Source: Polyangiales bacterium (GTDB lineage Bacteria; Myxococcota_A; Polyangia; Polyangiales; Polyangiaceae). Taken from it: a stretch of DNA of 64,000 bases. Below the pieces are notes generated by a model. The model worked only from the letters and a program-made list of their open reading frames with translations. It was not told where the DNA came from and searched no databases. The position numbers and the translations under genes are program-made. Location: contig JBBRNJ010000005.1 of assembly GCA_038230375.1 (NCBI GenBank), forward strand, positions 1 through 64,000, in the 5' to 3' direction. Shown here piece by piece: positions 58,452 to 64,000 of this stretch (position 1 is the first letter of the stretch; each line of letters starts with the position of its first letter).

Positions 58452-59489
58452 CCTCGCCGCGGCCCACTCGGCGAGGGTGCCGAGCACCGACTCAGCGTGC
58501 CCCGCGGCATTGCGCTTCGCCCACGGCTCGAACTTCGAAAACGTCTGCGTGCCGCTCACCGGTCCCTTCGCATCGGCCGGATACGGTCCCGAGACCGCCG
58601 CGTACCAGGTCGGCCCCTTCGCCTTCTTGAACCGCCACACGTACAGCACGTTCGCGCCGCGGGTGAACGTCGCTCTCTTCTCGAGCGCCGCTGGCAGCGC
58701 GCCGAGCTCACTCGGATGCGCCAGCCATTGCGAGACGTCGGCCGCGGCAAAGGCGTCGAGCGTCGCGTGCGCTTTCGGAAAGCGCTTGCCGAACCCAAGG
58801 GCGTGCATCTGCTCGTAGAGTGGCACCCGCGTCTCAGGGTTCGCAGCGAGCCGCGCGACGATCGCGGGCAACACCTTTTGTTTCAAGCGCATCAGAGAGA
58901 TCGCCGCGAACGCTGCGACCCAGTCGTCCGAGAATGTCATGGCACGCTCGAGGCATGGGAGCACGTCTTTCGCGGGCAGCCACCCCGCGAAGTCGAGCAG
59001 CAGCGCGGTGAGCGCTCGCAGCTGCAAGAAGCCGTCGTCGGTCCTGGGCTTGCCGCGCTCCTGTTTTTCGAAATCTTCGACATTGGCTTCGAGCGCGCCG
59101 AGCAGATTCCCGGAGACACGTGCCAGCCCCTTGCGCGACACCTGCCCTTCGGCCACCGCGGTCAACAGGACGTTGCCCATGTCGATGAAGTCGCCAGTCG
59201 AATTGCCCGCCGCGAGCAACCACTCTGGAAAGTACTTGTCGGCCCACGTGGCGAGCCTGGGCAACTCCCAGTACAAGCGTTGGTACGTGCGTCTGGGCCA
59301 ACCGTGCGCGACCACGAGGTCGTTGAACGCTCTGGCGCTCTTCGCCGTGCCGATCGTGGCAAGGAGCGCAAGGAGCACGAGAAAGGCCAGGCGGACGGAC
59401 GCGCTGCCAGCTTCGTACTCGGCCAGCGCCAACGCCACGTGCGCCGGTTCGGGCTTGTCCCAGAGCTTCTGAATTTGCGTCTCGGTCAT
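58440..59489 (-). CDS. Hypothetical protein (helical, HEAT-like region)
   Basis: 349-aa ORF with coherent composition, downstream of map. Confidence 0.7.
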   Translation of the reverse strand: MTETQIQKLWDKPEPAHVALALAEYEAGSASVRLAFLVLLALLATIGTAKSARAFNDLVVAHGWPRRTYQRLYWELPRLATWADKYFPEWLLAAGNSTGDFIDMGNVLLTAVAEGQVSRKGLARVSGNLLGALEANVEDFEKQERGKPRTDDGFLQLRALTALLLDFAGWLPAKDVLPCLERAMTFSDDWVAAFAAISLMRLKQKVLPAIVARLAANPETRVPLYEQMHALGFGKRFPKAHATLDAFAAADVSQWLAHPSELGALPAALEKRATFTRGANVLYVWRFKKAKGPTWYAAVSGPYPADAKGPVSGTQTFSKFEPWAKRNAAGHAESVLGTLAEWAAARSPV

Positions 59490-59531
59490 ACACCTTGGTG
59501 TAACCGCTTGCCCAAGACACGTGAAGGCGAT

Positions 59532-60281
59532 TCACGCCGTCAGGATCTCGTGGCCGGTGGCTGTCACCAGCACCGTGTGCTCGAACTGCGCCGAGAGCGC
59601 TCCGTCGAGCGTCACGATCGTCCATCCGTCGTCCAGCGTTCGTACCTCCGCGCCGCCCAGGTTCACCATCGGCTCCACCGTGAGCACCATGCCTGCGCGC
59701 AGGCGTGGACCCGTTCCCGCTCTTGCGGTGTGCGAGACGTGTGGATCCTGGTGCATCGATCGCCCGATGCCGTGGCCGCCCAGCTCCGACACCACAGTGC
59801 ATCCTTCACGCTTCGCGATCTCCATGATCGCGCCGCCGATGTCTCCGAGCCGGCAGCCTTCGCGGATCACGCTGACGCCAGCGTCCCTGCACGCAAGAGC
59901 GACCGCGACCACGTGACGCGCCTCTTTGCACGGCTCACCGATGAAGAACGTGGCCGACGTGTCCCCGTGGAAGCCGCGGAGCTTGGTGGTCACGTCCACG
60001 TTCACGATGTCACCGTCAACGAGCACATCCGCGCTACTCGGGATGCCGTGACACACGACGTGGTTCCGGCTGGTGCATACCGCGGCAGGAAAGCCCTGAT
60101 ACCCGAGCTGGCTCGGCGTGCCGCCTCTCCGCTTCGTGTCCGCGCGCACCCATGCGTCGACGTCTGCGGTCGACACGCCCACGCGCAGACGCTCGCCAAC
60201 GTGCAAAAGCGTGCCCGCGGCCGCGCGCCCCGCCTCACGGAGTAGCTCGATTTCTCGGCCCGCGTAGATCTCGATGCCCAT
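59532..60281 (-). CDS. map: Type I methionine aminopeptidase
   Basis: CHGIP, NVD, GD, GHGIG..H, EPM, QFEHT. Confidence 0.95.
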   Translation of the reverse strand: MGIEIYAGREIELLREAGRAAAGTLLHVGERLRVGVSTADVDAWVRADTKRRGGTPSQLGYQGFPAAVCTSRNHVVCHGIPSSADVLVDGDIVNVDVTTKLRGFHGDTSATFFIGEPCKEARHVVAVALACRDAGVSVIREGCRLGDIGGAIMEIAKREGCTVVSELGGHGIGRSMHQDPHVSHTARAGTGPRLRAGMVLTVEPMVNLGGAEVRTLDDGWTIVTLDGALSAQFEHTVLVTATGHEILTA

Positions 60282-60367
60282 GCAGCTCTTCTACGGAGCG
60301 CGGACGCACGCGACCAATACCTTCTCGATCTTGGTGCGGGGATGGCGCGCTTTGCTATGGTCGAGGC

Positions 60368-60679
60368 ATGAGCCTCGCGCAGCTTCGCTACTTCAAGGTC
60401 GTCGCCGAAGAGGGCTCGGTCACGCGCGCCGCCACGATTCTCCATGTGTCGCAGCCGCCGCTCAGCCGACAGATGAGGGCGCTGGAAGACGAGCTGGGCA
60501 CGCCCCTCTTCCGTCGCAACGCGCGCGGCGTGTCGCTGTTGCCGGCGGGCGAGCGTTTCCTCGAACACACGACGCACATCCTGGCTCGCATCGACGCCGC
60601 GGTGGCCGACCTCCGCGCCAAGAGCGCGACCACCACGGACCTGGCGACTCCTGCGGGTGCGCGCGGCCTCACACCGTGA
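60368..60679 (+). CDS. Short LysR-type HTH-only protein (103 aa)
   Basis: [37 protein letters not shown]; no effector domain. Confidence 0.85.
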   Translation: MSLAQLRYFKVVAEEGSVTRAATILHVSQPPLSRQMRALEDELGTPLFRRNARGVSLLPAGERFLEHTTHILARIDAAVADLRAKSATTTDLATPAGARGLTP

Positions 60680-61131
60680 GGTGGGCGCCGGGGTATTGTG
60701 GGCTCGTCGTCGTGAGCGTCATCCTGGGCGCTGCATGTGCGGGGCAGCCGCCGCCGCCCACCGTGGAGCTCGTCGCGGAGCGCCCGGTCGTGGGCATCGA
60801 TGGCGGCGTGGACGGATCGAGCGGCGCGAGCGACGGAGGCACGTACACCGCGAACGCGTCCAGTCAGTTCGCGCTGGGCGAGGATGCCTTGAAGCAGAAC
60901 GATCTCGTCACCGCCGAGCGGCTCTTCCGCGACGTGAAGGAGCACTATCCGTACTCCCGGTACGCGGTCCTGGCGGAGGTCCGCTTCGGGGACATCGCCG
61001 TGTTGCGCGGCGACAACGCTTCGGCCGCGCGCATCTATCGCCAGTGGCTCCACGACCACCGCAGCGATCAGGAGCTGATGAGGGAAGTGCGCGTGAAGCT
61101 CGACGACGCCGCAAAGCCGCCGGCGCGGTGA
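60676..61131 (+). CDS. Small BamD/YfiO-like TPR lipoprotein
   Basis: Lipobox GAAC; A...F..V...YPYSRYA.LAE...GD. Confidence 0.7.
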   Translation: MRWAPGYCGLVVVSVILGAACAGQPPPPTVELVAERPVVGIDGGVDGSSGASDGGTYTANASSQFALGEDALKQNDLVTAERLFRDVKEHYPYSRYAVLAEVRFGDIAVLRGDNASAARIYRQWLHDHRSDQELMREVRVKLDDAAKPPAR

Positions 61132-61186
61132 AAGTTCGGCTCCTCGGCCCTCGACGAACACGCATCTCATCGTGTTACCGTGGGCC

Positions 61187-63199
61187 ATGGCACAAGCGCG
61201 GGCAGCCGGGGCGGGATGGGTCTCCAGTGTGACGTGGCGGACGCTGCGGGTCGCGCTGACTATGATGTCGCTCGCGACGCTCGGCGCGTGTGGTGGTGCG
61301 CCGCCACCGCCCCCGAAGGTCGTCACCGTGACGCCAGCTCCACCGCCTGCACCCACGCCGGATTCGCCGCCCGCCGTGTCCGCCACGCGACCCGCGAACG
61401 TGGTCGCGTGGGTGCACCTGGACAATCTCAAGGCGTGGATGCTCTTCGTGGGCCTGAACCAGGACAAGGCCCCGGATGAGGATCTCATGAAGGGCGTGTA
61501 CAAGGGCCTCGAGATAGTCGACATCTCGCGCCCCTTCGACGCAGCCGCCACCATGATCTCCGAGGACGACTTCGAGCTCGCGGTCACCATTCCGATCAAG
61601 GACAAGCAGAAGTTCCTGGACGAGGTCGCGAAGAACGCAGAGGTGACGGAGCGCAAGTCGCGCTACGTGATCACCGACAAGAAGAAGGAGCCGCCCAAGG
61701 ACGACGGCGCCGGCACCACGCCCGCGCCTCCGCCCGAGCCCAAGGAGCCCAAGAAGAAGGGCCCGATGGACAACAAGGTCATCGCGTGTGACTTCATCGC
61801 CTCCCCGCCGACCGCGGTGTGCGGCACCGACGCGGGCCTCACGCAGATGGGGCCGTGGCTGCGCTCGCAGCCCAAACCAAAGCGCGGCGACCTTGCGATC
61901 GAGATCTACGCAGCGCCCATGCGCACGATGATGCTCGCCGCGATCAAGAAGACGCAGGACGCAAGCACTCCGAGCGTTGCCGATCCGCAGGCCGATGCCG
62001 AGACGCAGCGCAAGAAGGCCGAGGACGACCTCAAGGCCGCGACCAACATGAACGACCTGATCCGCGAGCTGGATGGCGTCCGCATGTCCGCCGCGCTCAA
62101 GGGCTCGGAGCTCGAGCTGGACTTCGCCACGTCGTTCCAGGGTGTGGAGTCCGGGTGGGTGAAGCCGCTGTTCGCTCGGCCCTCTGGCGTGGGGCGGCCC
62201 GACCTGCTCTTCAAGCTCACGGAGAACGCGAGCGCCGCCTTCTACTCGCAGGGCGCAGGCCCCATCCCCGATCTCCTGGGCTCGTACGACCCGTGGACGG
62301 ATCTCACCGGCTCCGAACACGACAAGGCCGTCGCGTGGAACGAGGAGATCAAGAAGCTGCTCAACGCGCCCTACGGCGTGGCCTACGGCATCGATCTCTC
62401 GCGCGTGTCCGCGGCGCTCGCCGAGCTGAAGAAGGCGAAGGAGCCCGACAAGGCGAAGAAGGCGCTCGCGGCGGCCGTCGATGGGTACGTGCTCGGCGCG
62501 GTGTCCGTGGACGTGGTCACACTGCAGCGCCTTGCGCGCGAAGGCGTTCGCCTGGGTGAGCTCGCAAAGAAGGCGTCCGCCGCGCAGAACCCGGCGTCGG
62601 TGAGCGCGGACAAGTCGCTCACCACATTTCGTCCGGCGCCCGCTGGGCTGGCCCTGCCGAAGGGCAGCTTCTTCGTGGACGACACGAAGACGGTGGCAGG
62701 CAAGACACCCAAGGCACCTTCCAAGAAGGAGGTGAAGACCTCCGGTCTCTGCTTCGCCGACGGCGCGACCACGTTCATGCTCTTCGGTCTCGCCGACGAG
62801 CGGACGTACGCCGCGACCGCGAAGGAGATCCTCACGCGCAAGACCACGCCTCGCGCGCTCGATCCGCTCCTCACGCAGAAGGGCATCATCCTGGGCGGCC
62901 AGATCACGTCGCTCATCGGCGCGTTTGGTTCGCACGAGCTCTTGCTCAAGGACCCGGGCAAGCTCGACAAGGTGTCTCGCGACAAGCTCGTTCTCGACCT
63001 CGAGGGCGATCTCGCCGCGCCCAAGCTCCCCATCCCGTTCGCGCTGTCCGCCAATCGCGAGGGCGCCGGTGGCGTGCTCGCATTCGACGTGAAGGGAGAC
63101 AAGGCCGCGTTCGCGACGATCTTCTCGCACGCGCTGGAAGGCATGGGCGCGCTGCTCATGCTGCCCCTCCTGATGGCCATGATGGCCGCAACGCCATAG
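61187..63199 (+). CDS. Hypothetical lipoprotein
   Basis: Lipobox LGAC and a Pro-rich linker; long ORF with typical codon usage. Confidence 0.8.
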   Translation: MAQARAAGAGWVSSVTWRTLRVALTMMSLATLGACGGAPPPPPKVVTVTPAPPPAPTPDSPPAVSATRPANVVAWVHLDNLKAWMLFVGLNQDKAPDEDLMKGVYKGLEIVDISRPFDAAATMISEDDFELAVTIPIKDKQKFLDEVAKNAEVTERKSRYVITDKKKEPPKDDGAGTTPAPPPEPKEPKKKGPMDNKVIACDFIASPPTAVCGTDAGLTQMGPWLRSQPKPKRGDLAIEIYAAPMRTMMLAAIKKTQDASTPSVADPQADAETQRKKAEDDLKAATNMNDLIRELDGVRMSAALKGSELELDFATSFQGVESGWVKPLFARPSGVGRPDLLFKLTENASAAFYSQGAGPIPDLLGSYDPWTDLTGSEHDKAVAWNEEIKKLLNAPYGVAYGIDLSRVSAALAELKKAKEPDKAKKALAAAVDGYVLGAVSVDVVTLQRLAREGVRLGELAKKASAAQNPASVSADKSLTTFRPAPAGLALPKGSFFVDDTKTVAGKTPKAPSKKEVKTSGLCFADGATTFMLFGLADERTYAATAKEILTRKTTPRALDPLLTQKGIILGGQITSLIGAFGSHELLLKDPGKLDKVSRDKLVLDLEGDLAAPKLPIPFALSANREGAGGVLAFDVKGDKAAFATIFSHALEGMGALLMLPLLMAMMAATP

Positions 63200-63208
63200 C
63201 CGCAACCC

Positions 63209-64000
63209 GTGCGCCACCGGCCTGCATTCATCTTCGTCGCGCTGCTTGGCCTTGCCGCGTGCAAGGATCCGCCCAGCGCGGGCGACAAGCCGGTGACGAA
63301 GCCGCGCCTCGACGCCGCCGCGCGCTCGTCAGCGTCCGCTGCGTGGGAGGACACCATCGGCCCCATCCCCGGCAGCGAGGCGGACGCCGCACCGCCTCTC
63401 GCCTCCGCCAGCTCCGCCGCTCCGGCCGATGCCGGACCTTCCTTTCTCGATTCGCTCGACGCTGGCGCGGGCGCATGCCGTCGCGTGCGCGGGCCCGAGA
63501 AGATGCAGTTCGTCGGACCCGCGAAGCTCGACGTGATCGGACAGGAGCTCCGCCTTGTCACGAACGACCTCGGCCGCCCCAAGGTCGTGAAGATCCCGAT
63601 CGGTCCCGTGCCTCCCGCTTCTGCGCCCAACCCCGACCTGCCGCGGCCCGCGTCCACGTACGGCACCACGTGGCCGCCGTGCGCCGTCGCCGGATCAGTT
63701 GCATTCTGCACGGGTCGCAACGGCAGCATCACCCGCACCGACCTTGCGACCACGCCGCCGTCGCCGAAGGAGATCGCGAAGGGTCGTCCCTCCACCCGCA
63801 TCTCCGCGGCGCAGCTCGGCACGCACACCGTCGCCGCCTACCTGGACGAGAAGCAGACCTCCGAAGGGCGCACGGTGCAGGCGTGGCTCATCCTCAGTGA
63901 TGGAGATCATGATGGCGACCCCGTGCGTCTCTCGGACGACGGCAGCGGCGCCACGTTCGTCGAGCTGGCCTCGCGAGGCAGCTCTGTGATTGCCATGTAC
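63209..64000 (+). CDS. Hypothetical lipoprotein, truncated by the window end
   Basis: GTG 63209 gives MRHRPAFIFVALLGLAAC-KDPP; the frame appears open to the edge. Confidence 0.7.
   Translation, partial: MRHRPAFIFVALLGLAACKDPPSAGDKPVTKPRLDAAARSSASAAWEDTIGPIPGSEADAAPPLASASSAAPADAGPSFLDSLDAGAGACRRVRGPEKMQFVGPAKLDVIGQELRLVTNDLGRPKVVKIPIGPVPPASAPNPDLPRPASTYGTTWPPCAVAGSVAFCTGRNGSITRTDLATTPPSPKEIAKGRPSTRISAAQLGTHTVAAYLDEKQTSEGRTVQAWLILSDGDHDGDPVRLSDDGSGATFVELASRGSSVIAMY

Overview
High-GC window that looks like a myxobacterial (Polyangiales-like) chromosome. This is inferred from the many Ser/Thr kinases, the poly-HAMP kinase, sigma-54 signalling, the DUF4388/TPR proteins and the futalosine pathway. 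Layout: 1-16 kb is a dense signalling island with a poly-HAMP kinase, a sigma-54 activator, hybrid histidine kinases, Ser/Thr kinases, a receiver protein and DUF2252; two of its genes carry single-base frameshifts. 18-27.6 kb is rimP-nusA-ylxR/L7Ae-infB...rbfA, interrupted by a three-gene insert with hexamer repeats and paired palindromes. 27.6-38.7 kb holds membrane and metabolic genes and a TetR/SDR/Adc module with a predicted operator. 38.7-41 kb is a divergent SecY-like / DUF2007-like / SecD-head fusion, the top finding. 41-48.6 kb has kinases, LysR and an acyltransferase. 48.7-55.9 kb is a futalosine menaquinone cluster with an MqnA-MqnC fusion and a core-less radical-SAM paralogue. The rest is TPR, EEP, Map, mini-LysR and lipoprotein genes. 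Many genes have a TANNNT box 5-8 nt before the start codon, suggesting leaderless mRNAs. No rRNA, tRNA, CRISPR array or transposase was recognised. All family calls come from motif recognition by eye, not from searches.
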